From positions 17,906 to 81,905 of IMG/VR virus record IMGVR_UViG_3300048802_000015: a stretch of 64,000 nucleotides of DNA; one strand, written 5' to 3'. Source of the DNA: a virus. Taxonomy: Duplodnaviria > Caudoviricetes. The notes beneath the pieces were generated by a model. It made no database searches. It was not told the DNA's origin and saw only the letters and a list, made by a program, of their open reading frames with translations. Numbering within the stretch: the stretch's first letter is position 1; each line of letters opens with the position of its first letter. Position numbers and translations under genes: made by a program. Positions 1 to 8,948 of the stretch are shown here, piece after piece.

Positions 1-247
1 GTCTGAAGACCTGGCACAGCACCTCGGCACCTGGCTGGAAGAGCATCTTCTTCGGGCGCTTCCCATCGACGACCTTGGACCCGGGCAAGATACCGAAGTG
101 CTCCCCCTCGCGCAGGACCTTCGATATCACCTCCTCGACCGCCGATCGCATAGCGATCACCCGAGCAACGTCGATTCCGTAGTCCTGCTTCACCAGCGCG
201 GTCGGCCCCGCCTGGACTATTGCTGTTTCAGTCGTCTTCTCGGTCAT
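1..247 (-). CDS. Phage protein, N-terminal part only (runs off left edge); possibly ssDNA-annealing/recombination related
   Basis: ATG at 247 with GAGGAG RBS; MTEKTTETAIV...LREGEHFGILPGSKVVDGKRPKKMLFQPGAEVLC, open to base 1; resembles the common phage (D/H)(Y/F)GxIPG..K..L..PGAE.L motif. Confidence 0.6.
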   Translation of the reverse strand, partial: MTEKTTETAIVQAGPTALVKQDYGIDVARVIAMRSAVEEVISKVLREGEHFGILPGSKVVDGKRPKKMLFQPGAEVLCQVFR

Positions 248-270
248 GGTCAGTCTCCTCTGGTTGTGAT

Positions 271-302
271 CTATTGTTGTTCACGGCGGGCGGTTTTCGC
301 CA
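271..302 (-). repeat. 32-bp exact direct repeat, copy 1 (putative phage promoter)
   Basis: CTATTGTTGTTCACGGCGGGCGGTTTTCGCCA identical to 10255-10286; intergenic, just upstream of a gene start. Confidence 0.9.
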
Positions 303-311
303 AGAAAGTTT

Positions 312-1925
312 TCACCCCGTAAGCTGTAGCATCCCGGCCGTCGCAACGATGTACTTGTCGGGATCGGCTACCACCTTGGCGTAGGTCTCCTGCCCCTCGA
401 ACTCATCGACCACCGCGCGTTCGGTCGCGTCCATGTCGGCGTACTTCCGGCGACCATACGATGGCGGCAACCACTGCTTACGCTGGGCGCCGAATCGGTT
501 CAGGCGGTCAAGCAGATCTGTCCGCAGGAAGCGGATGTGCAGCGTTCCCTTCTTGTAGCAAGTGACCGAGAAGAAGCTTCCGGCGATGTTCGATGACTGC
601 CCCAGTTCTTCGGCGCGCGCCAGGGCGGTGGCGATCTTGATCTCGGGCGGCAGTCCACCGTTCAGGAACGTGAGGCACTTCTCAAGGTCCGCGAGCTCGC
701 CCGCGCAATTGCTAAAACGCCACTTGTCCCAGATGGTGTCCCACGGGTGGCCGGGCATGATGACCTTCTCGTTGATCTTCCAGCTCTTGTTGGTGGCCCA
801 TCCGTTGAAGTAGTGGATATTCGCCGAGTCCTTGTCCCAGTGGTGCTGGCGGGACAGCCGGTCGAACTCCGCGACGATTGTTTCTTCGATACTGGCGATG
901 GTCTGGCGGGATAGGTCGCGCTGAATCGACAGGATGTTGACCCGCGAAAACTCGAACTCGGCCAGCGCTTCCACCTTCGCCGATAGCTCGCGCTGCAGGT
1001 TGGACGTGAGTTGTCCCGTGAACTCGGGCGCCTGGAATAGTGCCTCCCAGTATTTCAGCCGGGTCAGGCGGACGTAGCCGTTGAGGGTGTCCCCGTCGCG
1101 GACCTTCCGATCGTCGATGGTCAGCGCCAGGATAGGCTTGCGGTAGTCGCCCGAAGGATCGCCACGCAGGGATTCCAGAAGATGCGGGCGGATCCTTTCG
1201 TATTCCTGGATCAGCCTCACCCCGGCGTCTATCTCGAACCGATAGCGAGCGATGATGGCCTGGACAAAGTCGCCAGAGACCAGGTCTGTCTGTTCGCCCT
1301 GCCGATCCGCCTCTGCCCGCCGCGCCTCGTGCAGGTCTTCAAGGATGATGCTGTCCGGGACGCTGTTCGGGATGGCCACGCTGATAAGGGCCACCTCGAC
1401 GTCGGTAGGTCGCTCGGCTTGGGCGAACTCGCCAGCGTGAAAGGTGATCGTCGCGCCCAGTTCTGCCAGCTTCGTGGCCAGGGCCTTGCGCTCGTTGGTG
1501 TAGGGGTTGCGGATGGTCTCGGCGTTCAGGATGCAACGGACCTGCCCACCGTACCGGGCCAACTCCAGCGCCTTGAGCAAGTGCCGAGCCCCATCGGAGA
1601 AAGGCGGATTCATCACGATTAGGTCGTAGTGCTTGCGCGTCTGGTAGGTCAGGAAGTCATCGTGCACAACGCGGAATCCGGCCCCCTTGAGGGCGCAGCG
1701 CAGATCTTCAGCGATCTCGATGCAGTCGATCGCCCCCTTGCCATCGTCTTCGGCGCGCCAGCGGCTTTTTCTGGTCTCGCACTTGAGGCGGCCAGCGATC
1801 TTCAAAGCAATGTCGCCCTTGCCGGCCTCTGGTTCCAGCACTGTTACGAGCTCGCTCCAGTCGATGCCCGCGAGCATGAGAGAAATCGTCCGCGGTGCCG
1901 TGGGAAAGAATTCTTCCAGGCTCAC
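312..1925 (-). CDS. SAM-dependent N6-adenine DNA methyltransferase with C-terminal DUF4942-like domain
   Basis: GTG start overlapping upstream TGA; FFPT, VLEPEAGKG (motif I), IVMNPPF (motif IV), C-terminal YKKGTLHIRF...LNRFGAQRKQWLPPSYG. Confidence 0.88.
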   Translation of the reverse strand: MSLEEFFPTAPRTISLMLAGIDWSELVTVLEPEAGKGDIALKIAGRLKCETRKSRWRAEDDGKGAIDCIEIAEDLRCALKGAGFRVVHDDFLTYQTRKHYDLIVMNPPFSDGARHLLKALELARYGGQVRCILNAETIRNPYTNERKALATKLAELGATITFHAGEFAQAERPTDVEVALISVAIPNSVPDSIILEDLHEARRAEADRQGEQTDLVSGDFVQAIIARYRFEIDAGVRLIQEYERIRPHLLESLRGDPSGDYRKPILALTIDDRKVRDGDTLNGYVRLTRLKYWEALFQAPEFTGQLTSNLQRELSAKVEALAEFEFSRVNILSIQRDLSRQTIASIEETIVAEFDRLSRQHHWDKDSANIHYFNGWATNKSWKINEKVIMPGHPWDTIWDKWRFSNCAGELADLEKCLTFLNGGLPPEIKIATALARAEELGQSSNIAGSFFSVTCYKKGTLHIRFLRTDLLDRLNRFGAQRKQWLPPSYGRRKYADMDATERAVVDEFEGQETYAKVVADPDKYIVATAGMLQLTG

Positions 1926-2161
1926 GTGCCCGCCAGTAGCGCCTTGGCGCCATCCGGTCCCAGGTATTCCACGAGGCTGGCCCGTATCACGTAGACCCGC
2001 AGGCCCACGTTCGTGCTGGTGATGGCTCCCTTGGCAATCCAAAGGTTCACCGTCTGACGGTTCACGCCGGCAAGGCGTGCTGTCTCGGCGACGCTCAGGA
2101 AGCCCTGCTCCCGCATGCGGTCCTCTTGTGCGCGTTTCAATGGTTTGCTTGACTTCAACAT
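1922..2161 (-). CDS. Excisionase-like/MerR-type HTH DNA-binding protein
   Basis: FLSVAETARLAGVNRQTVNLWIAKGAI, HTH_17-type signature. Confidence 0.8.
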   Translation of the reverse strand: MLKSSKPLKRAQEDRMREQGFLSVAETARLAGVNRQTVNLWIAKGAITSTNVGLRVYVIRASLVEYLGPDGAKALLAGT

Positions 2162-2508
2162 GGTGCTGTTCCTCCGTGATCTTTCCAAAACTGTGTGGCC
2201 TCCGGGGTGCCGGGCCGGAAGCCGAAAACCTCTTCAATGACGTCGCCGATGTCGCGCTTGTAGAGCTTGGCCTTGTCCATCGTGGCCATTGATAGGACGA
2301 CCCAGAATGAGGCGTATTGTCCCTCGATGGCGGCAATGTGCTGGCGGCCGTGGCCGGGCACGTCGCGCGAGTCCACCTTACCGCCGCAGAGACCGCACTT
2401 GATGTGGTCGTGCTCCCGCGTACACCAGCCACGATCTGGGCGCGTACCGGATTCGGTCGTCTGTGCCCATAGGCCGGTGAGGAGTAGGAGGGCGAGAGAG
2501 TCGTTCAC
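2155..2508 (-). CDS. Hypothetical protein with C2H2-like motif
   Basis: GTGA overlap start; CGLC-x10-H-x3-H. Confidence 0.6.
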   Translation of the reverse strand: MNDSLALLLLTGLWAQTTESGTRPDRGWCTREHDHIKCGLCGGKVDSRDVPGHGRQHIAAIEGQYASFWVVLSMATMDKAKLYKRDIGDVIEEVFGFRPGTPEATQFWKDHGGTAPC

Positions 2509-2945
2509 GGCGTCCAGTCTCCCGTGGTGTCGAGCCCAAAGACCTGCTTCAATGCCTCGGCGGCGCCGGCCATTGCCTCTACGCTTTTGCAGGCGGCCAG
2601 CGCATCGGCGGTGACGTAGCGGACGATGATGTTCACGTGAACCCCAGCTGGGCGCTCCCCGTCGAGCCACTGTCGAAACTGCTCAATGTTGGCCAGCACT
2701 GCGCGCTCCTTGTCGGCACCGCAGTCAACACGCAGAAAGAAGACGACATGGATGCCCGAGTCGTGGTCTGAGACCGTGCTCATGTTGGCGCCGACCTGCT
2801 CGCACGCAACAGAGATGGAGAAAGAAGTGAGGTTCTTGCGCACATTCTCGCCCATCTTCCTCACCGCAGCGGCAAGCCCGGACATGGACTGCGCCGCGTC
2901 CTGCATTGGGACGGCTATGGAACTTCCCCAGTCGTCAGCCGTCAC
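2505..2945 (-). CDS. Hypothetical protein
   Basis: GTGA overlaps at both ends; protein-like composition (MTADDWGSSIAVP...). Confidence 0.6.
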   Translation of the reverse strand: MTADDWGSSIAVPMQDAAQSMSGLAAAVRKMGENVRKNLTSFSISVACEQVGANMSTVSDHDSGIHVVFFLRVDCGADKERAVLANIEQFRQWLDGERPAGVHVNIIVRYVTADALAACKSVEAMAGAAEALKQVFGLDTTGDWTP

Positions 2946-3472
2946 CCCAGGTACTCCTCCGCATACGCGCGCAGCCGCCGGTCCCCTTGCAGTGCCCGCC
3001 GCGCTTCTCGCGTTGCCTGGTACACCTCTCGCACCGGGACGCGCCGGCTCTGTGCCACTTCGGCAGGCTTGCGCTCCCCGAGCAGCACTTCGCTCGCCAA
3101 GTCCCCGCCCGGTAGCAGCGCCAGCATGCGGGTGATGATCTTCGCGAAGCGGTACCGGTCGATGCGCTCTTCTGGCGGGGACACCTCGGTAGGAACGGAC
3201 CGCGCGTGTTCCAGCTCCACCTTCCTGCAGCCGTCGAGCTTGTCGAGGCGGTTGATGCTGGCTGTGATGGGCGCACGATTCTGGCGCGTGTAGGCCCACA
3301 GTGACCTGCGCATGACCACAGCCTGCCAGCCTTCGAGCGGTGCGCTGCCGTCCTTCCAGGTCTTAGCCGCTTCGAGTTTCGCTAGCTCGGCTTGCTGCCG
3401 CAGGTCTTGGGCTTCAAGCCAGCCGCAGAGAAATGCGTAGTTTCTGACAATGGCGTTGGTCGCGTCGATCAT
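2942..3472 (-). CDS. Putative transcription regulator with C-terminal sigma-70 region-4-like HTH
   Basis: C-terminal LLGERKPAEVAQSRRVPVREVYQATREARRAL resembles sigma region 4 HTH. Confidence 0.5.
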   Translation of the reverse strand: MIDATNAIVRNYAFLCGWLEAQDLRQQAELAKLEAAKTWKDGSAPLEGWQAVVMRRSLWAYTRQNRAPITASINRLDKLDGCRKVELEHARSVPTEVSPPEERIDRYRFAKIITRMLALLPGGDLASEVLLGERKPAEVAQSRRVPVREVYQATREARRALQGDRRLRAYAEEYLG

Positions 3473-3506
3473 TGTGGTAGTCCTTCGGTGGTGGTTGTGG
3501 TTGGGC

Positions 3507-4391
3507 TCACGCGGCTGCGTCCTCAGCCTGTGCCAAGATCGCCGCCTCCGCCAACCGCGACCTCAACCCCGATAGCCGCTCTTGGAGCTCGACCAGCGAC
3601 GTCCCCAGCAGCGCCTCGTAGCCGGCCACCTTCGTCGCGACTCGGTCGCATTGCTTAGACTTGGTCTTGAGCGCCCGCGGCCCGGCCTCGACGTTGGTCA
3701 GGATGGCCTCGAACTCTGCGATCTCGGCGCTTGCTTCGCGCTCTACCGCGGCGAGGATGGCCTGGACGGCGCTCTCGGTACGCAGGGCCGGAATCTCGTA
3801 GCAGACGTGGGCACCCACCGACCGAATGACCTCGGCGGCAAGGCGAAACTTTTCCACCGACGCCGGGGGCAGGAAATAGAACCCGCCGCGCGCCCGGAGC
3901 GCTACCGCGTCCAGCGACTCGCAGAAGTGCACCAGCAGGCTGGAGATGTCGGAGGGAACCAGGTTGGTCAGGTGGAGCGCGTGGCTGGCTCGGATAGAGT
4001 CCGCAAGCAGCCCGTCCGACGGCTCGATCGTGAGTACGCCGTCAGCGTCGACCGTTGCAACCACGGCCTGCTTGTAGTCCAGCTTCTCGCCGGCCGCCGT
4101 CTCCTCGACCAGGCTGTAGCCCTCGCGCCCGGCCAGGGGACGCACCAGCTTGCGCTGCTCTGCCAGGGTCTCGACCGCGCGCCGAAGGGCGGACTTGGGC
4201 GCCACCGCTTCGGGCACCAGCGCGATGTCCAGACCCTCCGCATGCCAGGCCACGCGCAGCTTCTCGACGTCTACGAGTCCGCTCAGTTCCCACCAGGTGA
4301 GAATCCCCGCCTGCGGTGTGCCGTCAGTGACGGCGAGAAAGTCTTTGCTCGTGACAATGCCTTGGGTCATTCCGGTCTTGGTCGTGGTCAT
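3507..4391 (-). CDS. DUF6744-like protein
   Basis: GILTWWELSG...SALRRAV...ALRARGGFYFLP, C-terminal coiled coil; usual neighbour of AAA/VWA pairs; GGAGG RBS. Confidence 0.65.
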   Translation of the reverse strand: MTTTKTGMTQGIVTSKDFLAVTDGTPQAGILTWWELSGLVDVEKLRVAWHAEGLDIALVPEAVAPKSALRRAVETLAEQRKLVRPLAGREGYSLVEETAAGEKLDYKQAVVATVDADGVLTIEPSDGLLADSIRASHALHLTNLVPSDISSLLVHFCESLDAVALRARGGFYFLPPASVEKFRLAAEVIRSVGAHVCYEIPALRTESAVQAILAAVEREASAEIAEFEAILTNVEAGPRALKTKSKQCDRVATKVAGYEALLGTSLVELQERLSGLRSRLAEAAILAQAEDAAA

Positions 4392-4419
4392 TGGGTCCTC
4401 CTGGTTGTTGGTCTGTGGT

Positions 4420-4830
4420 CTAGTCGGAATTCAGATAGACAAGGAAGCCGAGGCTACCGGCGAAGGGCCGTAGATTGCGCGCCCACTCTGGAAACTCGGG
4501 AATGTCTAGATCTGTAAGTCGCGCCTTGATTCGCACTGGCACCCACGCCTCGCCTCCGACGCCAGCGCTGGGTTCAAGAACATCATCGAGCTTCTTAGCG
4601 GCCAAAAACTTCGCGACGTGCTCGGTCTCGACGTGCCACCGATCGCGCAGTATTTCCAGGGATGCTTCCGAGAGATACGTCGGCAGCGGGAGGAAAATCC
4701 CTTCGGCTTCTGGATGCGCGCAGGCGGTCCCTCCTGCCTGATTCGTCCAGCGAACGCCCGTCTTGCATGCGATGACGATGCCCACCTGTTCGGTGTCCCA
4801 GTGATCGAGATCGAGAGCTACGGTTGGCAT
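4420..4830 (-). CDS. DUF6210-like protein
   Basis: GIVIACKTGVRWTNQAGGTACAHPEAEGIFLPL motif; GGAGG RBS. Confidence 0.6.
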   Translation of the reverse strand: MPTVALDLDHWDTEQVGIVIACKTGVRWTNQAGGTACAHPEAEGIFLPLPTYLSEASLEILRDRWHVETEHVAKFLAAKKLDDVLEPSAGVGGEAWVPVRIKARLTDLDIPEFPEWARNLRPFAGSLGFLVYLNSD

Positions 4831-4861
4831 CGGCGGTCCTCCTGGTTGGTCGTTTCGTGCG

Positions 4862-4940
4862 CCGCGTAGGTTTCACGTGAAGTATTTGATCGTCTATTTC
4901 ACGGTAACAGTAGAACTATTCTTGCACAGTCTAGCTAGTT
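4862..4940 (-). promoter_or_regulatory. AT-rich intergenic region, likely promoter/operator
   Basis: Local AT richness; perfect palindrome TTCACGTGAA at 4872-4881. Confidence 0.4.
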
Positions 4941-4943
4941 CCG

Positions 4944-6209
4944 CTAGTCCTTTATGACGATTTGTTTGCCCCACCCGCACGGCGCCGACGAGTACGGCCC
5001 GACGAGGATCCAGATCGTATCGAACCCGCGTGGCGCTGCCGCCGGTGCCGGCCCCTGCCCGTCGGTCACGAACACGAACAGGTCGACCTTCGGGCGCAGC
5101 TCTTCTACCGCGTGGAATATCGGGCAGAAATCCGTGCCCCCACCTCCTTTGAGCTGGTTCGCCAGCTCGGCCGCGGTTCGTACCTCCCGCGTCTCGTGCA
5201 CGGCCGCGTCGCAGGCCAGGAAGGTGATGGGCGTCCCGATGGCCCGCAGGCATCCCTGCGCCTCTGATACAGCCCGCACCAGCTCGTCGTGGCCCATACT
5301 GCCGCTGGTGTCCACCCCGAACGCTACGCGGGGCCGTGGCGCGCACAGGGCGGGCATCAATGGCGTACTGCCGCCCAAGGCGCGCGCGACCGCCCCAAAC
5401 GCAGCCTGGCGTCGTGAGAAGCGCGTGCGGGTGTAGTCGACCCTGCCCGCGATGGTCGCCACCCCGGCCCGGATGGCGCGGCGTAGCTGGTCCTGCCAGC
5501 GGACCTTCGGCGGCTGGAGCTCGGACTCGGCCCAGACCAGTAGGCCGCCCGGCACACTGCCCCGGCCCTTCTGCGCGGCGTGCTGCTGGATTGCCTCGGC
5601 GACGTCTCGGCGGATGCGGTCCAGGTCGGCCGCGCTCCGGCCCTTGGCGCCGGCCGCGCCCTCCGGCTCGCCGTCCACCGTGGGGCCGCCCGAGCCAGAG
5701 CCGCAGCGCCCACGCGCGACGTCTGCCTTGCCATTGCCCGGCTTGCCTTCACCGGCCTTGCCCGAGCCGCCGGACTTGGCCTGCTGCTGCGCCTGCTTGA
5801 GTAGAGCGTCATAGTATTCCTCAGCCATCTGGCCGTTCTTCAAGCCGAACTTCTTGGGCAGGCACGGGTCAGGAAGCAAGTCTTCTCGAAGATCATCATT
5901 CACTTCCAGATCGACGGCTACCCCGGCCACCTCCCGGTCCACCTGCGGAATGGCGTTCATCCGTTCGAGGTGCCGGCGCAGAAGGTGGAGCAGCTCGTGC
6001 GCTACGACCTCGCCCGCCTGGGGCGCCGTGATGGCCAGTAGGAACTCCGGGTCCACCAGCAAGATGCCGGTTGCTGTGATGGCCATGGTCCCGACGGGGA
6101 CGAACCGACGAACGAGCCCCGAGAAGCCCGTAGCAAAATAGGGGAACCTTTGCTCGGCCGCGATGATGGCCGCCGAGAGGCGTTGCCCGTCGGTCAGGTT
6201 CGGATCCAC
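4944..6209 (-). CDS. DUF2201-type metallopeptidase/VWA domain protein
   Basis: VAHELLHLLRRH (HExxH), Gly/Lys-rich linker, GVDTSGSMG (MIDAS DxSxS), KGGGGTDF, FVFVTDG. Confidence 0.9.
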   Translation of the reverse strand: MDPNLTDGQRLSAAIIAAEQRFPYFATGFSGLVRRFVPVGTMAITATGILLVDPEFLLAITAPQAGEVVAHELLHLLRRHLERMNAIPQVDREVAGVAVDLEVNDDLREDLLPDPCLPKKFGLKNGQMAEEYYDALLKQAQQQAKSGGSGKAGEGKPGNGKADVARGRCGSGSGGPTVDGEPEGAAGAKGRSAADLDRIRRDVAEAIQQHAAQKGRGSVPGGLLVWAESELQPPKVRWQDQLRRAIRAGVATIAGRVDYTRTRFSRRQAAFGAVARALGGSTPLMPALCAPRPRVAFGVDTSGSMGHDELVRAVSEAQGCLRAIGTPITFLACDAAVHETREVRTAAELANQLKGGGGTDFCPIFHAVEELRPKVDLFVFVTDGQGPAPAAAPRGFDTIWILVGPYSSAPCGWGKQIVIKD

Positions 6210-6210
6210 G

Positions 6211-7389
6211 TTACGACCCGACCTTGATGCCAGCGGCCTGGAAGATCGGAAGGTACTTCGCGAGCACCTTCTCGGCCGCGGGAAACATCCCCTTCGGGCC
6301 ACGCACCAAGCGCACCTCCTGCGAGGACAGCGTCTTCACCGCCGGGAAGATCACATCTGAGACCTCCATCAGCGGCAGCAACATCTTCCAGAGTGCCTCG
6401 GCGCGGGGCAGGCGCTTGGCGGCCGAGTGCGGTGCTACGAGGGCCGCGCATGCCGAGCAGACAACCATGGTGCGGTCCAGGCGGTCGGGGTCGTGCTTCC
6501 ATTCGATCTCGCCGTCGAGTAGCCGCTCGGGGTCGGGCAGATCGACATTGACGAGCCAGGAGCGCAGCTCGCGAATCGCCGCCGGGCCGACGAAGGCGCC
6601 GACGTAGCGGTCGGTGTCCGACTCGTCCAGGTGGTGGATTTCGGAGGCCGCCAGGGCGCGCGTTGCCATCTCCCACGACCGGCGGGATGGCCAGGCCAGG
6701 GATGCCTCGGGGGAGCCGGAGACGGGCTGCGCGTGGAGCAGGCTAGGCTTGCGGCGCAGGAACGAGGTGATGATGCCGGAGGCCTTCGCGTAGGCGGATG
6801 GCCACGTCTTGAGCACGCGCTTCTCCTCGTCCTCGGCTGTGGTTGCGACCTCGACCTCGTTGCCGTTCCCGGCCTGCAGGAGCCACGAGCACCAGTCCTG
6901 GCAGGATGGGCCCGTCCAATCGGGGAGGGTGCCGAAGCGGTTGCAGAGCGGCGCCGCAATATCGTAGCCGCCAGCGGAGTCCTCTGTTGTGTTCTGGGCC
7001 GCCAGGATGCGCACGGTATCGGGCAGTACGAAATCTCCTACCACGCGATCGAGCACCACACGCATCAGCGACGCCTGGACGGCTGGGGGGCACTGCCCAA
7101 TTTCGTCGAGAAACACCACGGCGTGCTTGGCCTTCGCCGCTCGCAGTGCCCACGCTGGCGGCGCGTACCCGACCGAGCCGTCTGGATGCGGGACCGGAAG
7201 GCCGAGGAAATCGGTGGGGTCGCGCAGAGACGCGATGACGACCTCGACCTCGAGTCCAGCCGCCTGGGCAACACGCTCAATCAGCGCGCTCTTGCCGGTG
7301 CCGGGGGCGCCGATGATCCGGAGAGGCTGGCCCCAATGGTGTCGCGGGCCGGGGGTGAATAGGGCGGCGTGGATGATCGTGGTGTCCAT
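6211..7389 (-). CDS. MoxR-family AAA+ ATPase
   Basis: GAPGTGKS Walker A, VVFLDEIG Walker B, AAQN sensor, APLCNRF Arg finger, WPSRRSW. Confidence 0.92.
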   Translation of the reverse strand: MDTTIIHAALFTPGPRHHWGQPLRIIGAPGTGKSALIERVAQAAGLEVEVVIASLRDPTDFLGLPVPHPDGSVGYAPPAWALRAAKAKHAVVFLDEIGQCPPAVQASLMRVVLDRVVGDFVLPDTVRILAAQNTTEDSAGGYDIAAPLCNRFGTLPDWTGPSCQDWCSWLLQAGNGNEVEVATTAEDEEKRVLKTWPSAYAKASGIITSFLRRKPSLLHAQPVSGSPEASLAWPSRRSWEMATRALAASEIHHLDESDTDRYVGAFVGPAAIRELRSWLVNVDLPDPERLLDGEIEWKHDPDRLDRTMVVCSACAALVAPHSAAKRLPRAEALWKMLLPLMEVSDVIFPAVKTLSSQEVRLVRGPKGMFPAAEKVLAKYLPIFQAAGIKVGS

Positions 7390-7625
7390 TAGCGCACCAC
7401 TCCCGTCGCGGTGCACAGCTCGACGATGATGGTGTTGGTGATGTGCCAGTCCCCGTCCCCGCCGAGGCGCCACTCTGAACGGATGATCGCCGATTCCGGT
7501 CCAGGGACTGGGGCCATGCGGGCGAGTTCGATGCTCTCGCAATTCGGGCCGCGGTCCGTGTGATGGTCACTCGGCGTGCCGTCGATCATGCGGGCTTTAT
7601 GGTAGGTGGTCTGTACTTTGGTCAT
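7389..7625 (-). CDS. Hypothetical protein
   Basis: AGGAGG RBS, TAATG overlap with AAA gene. Confidence 0.6.
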   Translation of the reverse strand: MTKVQTTYHKARMIDGTPSDHHTDRGPNCESIELARMAPVPGPESAIIRSEWRLGGDGDWHITNTIIVELCTATGVVR

Positions 7626-8154
7626 GGTCGTCCTCCTGTGTGGTCGTTGTGCTCTTTCGGAAATTCGATTTCGCGTGTAGCTCTGGATGCAGCTTGATGC
7701 ATGCTTCGCGCGCAAGCGCAGCAGCTAACTCAGTATCATGATAGCCAAGATGCAGGTTCGTTCCGTCGATCATAATTCGCGCCTGCCACTTCCCTTCGCG
7801 CTTGTGCCAAGACACTCCAAGAAACCTGCTCGATGTGTTCTCTGGACGGTGGTGACGATTCCGTATGTTCTGCGCTTTTGTGACCTCCAATAGATTCTCG
7901 CGCCTATTGTCAAGTCCATCGCCGTTGTCGTGGTCGCATTGCATCCTCTCGGCAATTGGTCGTCCAAGCTTTCGCGCCAGGACTATGACGTGCATCTGCT
8001 CTGTCACCCATTTGTTTTCTGGACGCCGTATGGTGCGGGCTGCGTAGGTCCTGCACTCATCTCTATTGGCGTGCCACTTATGCACACATAACGCCTCGAA
8101 GTCCTCATCATCGACGATCGCTACCTTTCCTTGCGTGAGTGCGATCTCTTTCAT
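7597..8154 (-). CDS. HNH homing endonuclease with AP2 domain (paralog 1 of 3)
   Basis: MKEIALTQGKVAIVDDED, CDHDNGDGLDNRRENL, SRFLGVSWHKREGKWQARI. Confidence 0.93.
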   Translation of the reverse strand: MKEIALTQGKVAIVDDEDFEALCVHKWHANRDECRTYAARTIRRPENKWVTEQMHVIVLARKLGRPIAERMQCDHDNGDGLDNRRENLLEVTKAQNIRNRHHRPENTSSRFLGVSWHKREGKWQARIMIDGTNLHLGYHDTELAAALAREACIKLHPELHAKSNFRKSTTTTQEDDHDQSTDHLP

Positions 8155-8232
8155 GATGCTTAATCCGTTGTCCTTGTTCGTTGCGAGGCCGACTCCAGGC
8201 CGCTCCGGTCGAGCGGCCCAGACCTGGCGCCG

Positions 8233-8433
8233 CTACCGAGTCCCGAGGTCGCGCAGCAGCCGCTCCAATCCCTCTAGCCGCCACTTACGCGCTGGCTTGT
8301 GCAGCGGAATAACCCGCTCGATGCGGGTCCGGTGGGAGTAGTAGCGGGCCGGGTCCGTGGCCACGAGGTCGGCCATCGTCTCAACGCTGGGGAGCGGCTG
8401 GGTTTGTGCAAGCTGGCGGCGGGACTGGGTCAT
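8233..8433 (-). CDS. Hypothetical protein
   Basis: 66-aa ORF with GAGGAG RBS. Confidence 0.55.
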   Translation of the reverse strand: MTQSRRQLAQTQPLPSVETMADLVATDPARYYSHRTRIERVIPLHKPARKWRLEGLERLLRDLGTR

Positions 8434-8483
8434 GGTCGTAGTCTCCTCGGTGGTGGTGATAGGTTACGCGGCGGGCGGGGTGG

Positions 8484-8720
8484 CTACAGCTCGATGATTT
8501 CGAGTCCTGCGGCAAAATCGGCCGACGATGCAGTAACCTGCTCGCCAATCCACACCTCGCGATCCTCGTCGCGATCCTCTGGAGCCATCGCGTCCCATGC
8601 CTCGACGGCCCAGCGGCGAAACGTCGGTGCCATCTCGGCCGTCAGTGCATCGATCGACTCGACGACAAACGGGCCAGTCTCTCCAAATTGCGGATTAGGG
8701 TTGCGCACTGTGATGGTCAT
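8484..8720 (-). CDS. Hypothetical acidic protein
   Basis: GGAGG RBS then MTITVRNPNPQFGETGPF. Confidence 0.6.
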   Translation of the reverse strand: MTITVRNPNPQFGETGPFVVESIDALTAEMAPTFRRWAVEAWDAMAPEDRDEDREVWIGEQVTASSADFAAGLEIIEL

Positions 8721-8838
8721 GGTGTCCTCCGTGGTGGTTGTCGTCGTGGTAGGTACTGATCCTGTCGGCGTCCGGCTCTGCTGGCCCGTCGGCCCTGGCT
8801 TACTTCCCGGCAGGTTGTTCGCTGCGTCCACATCTATA

Positions 8839-8867
8839 TATTTACGCTAGTCCTGCTATTTTGTAAA
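8839..8867 (-). promoter_or_regulatory. Putative sigma70-like promoter
   Basis: TTTACA-N17-TAAATA in an AT-rich island; spacer ends in ACTAGCG as at 57167-57195. Confidence 0.5.
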
Positions 8868-8948
8868 GGGTGAAATACACTATTTTCCTGTCCATGAAAA
8901 GCCTATAGGTTACGCGTGGTTAACAGCGCATAGGCCACCCAGATGGAC

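Noticed and set aside
1926-2432. N-terminal extension of the methyltransferase ORF (likewise 6210-6302, 7390-7542, 50898-51083, 53145-53273)
   Set aside because: Overlaps upstream genes; overlap-coupled or RBS-backed downstream starts fit better
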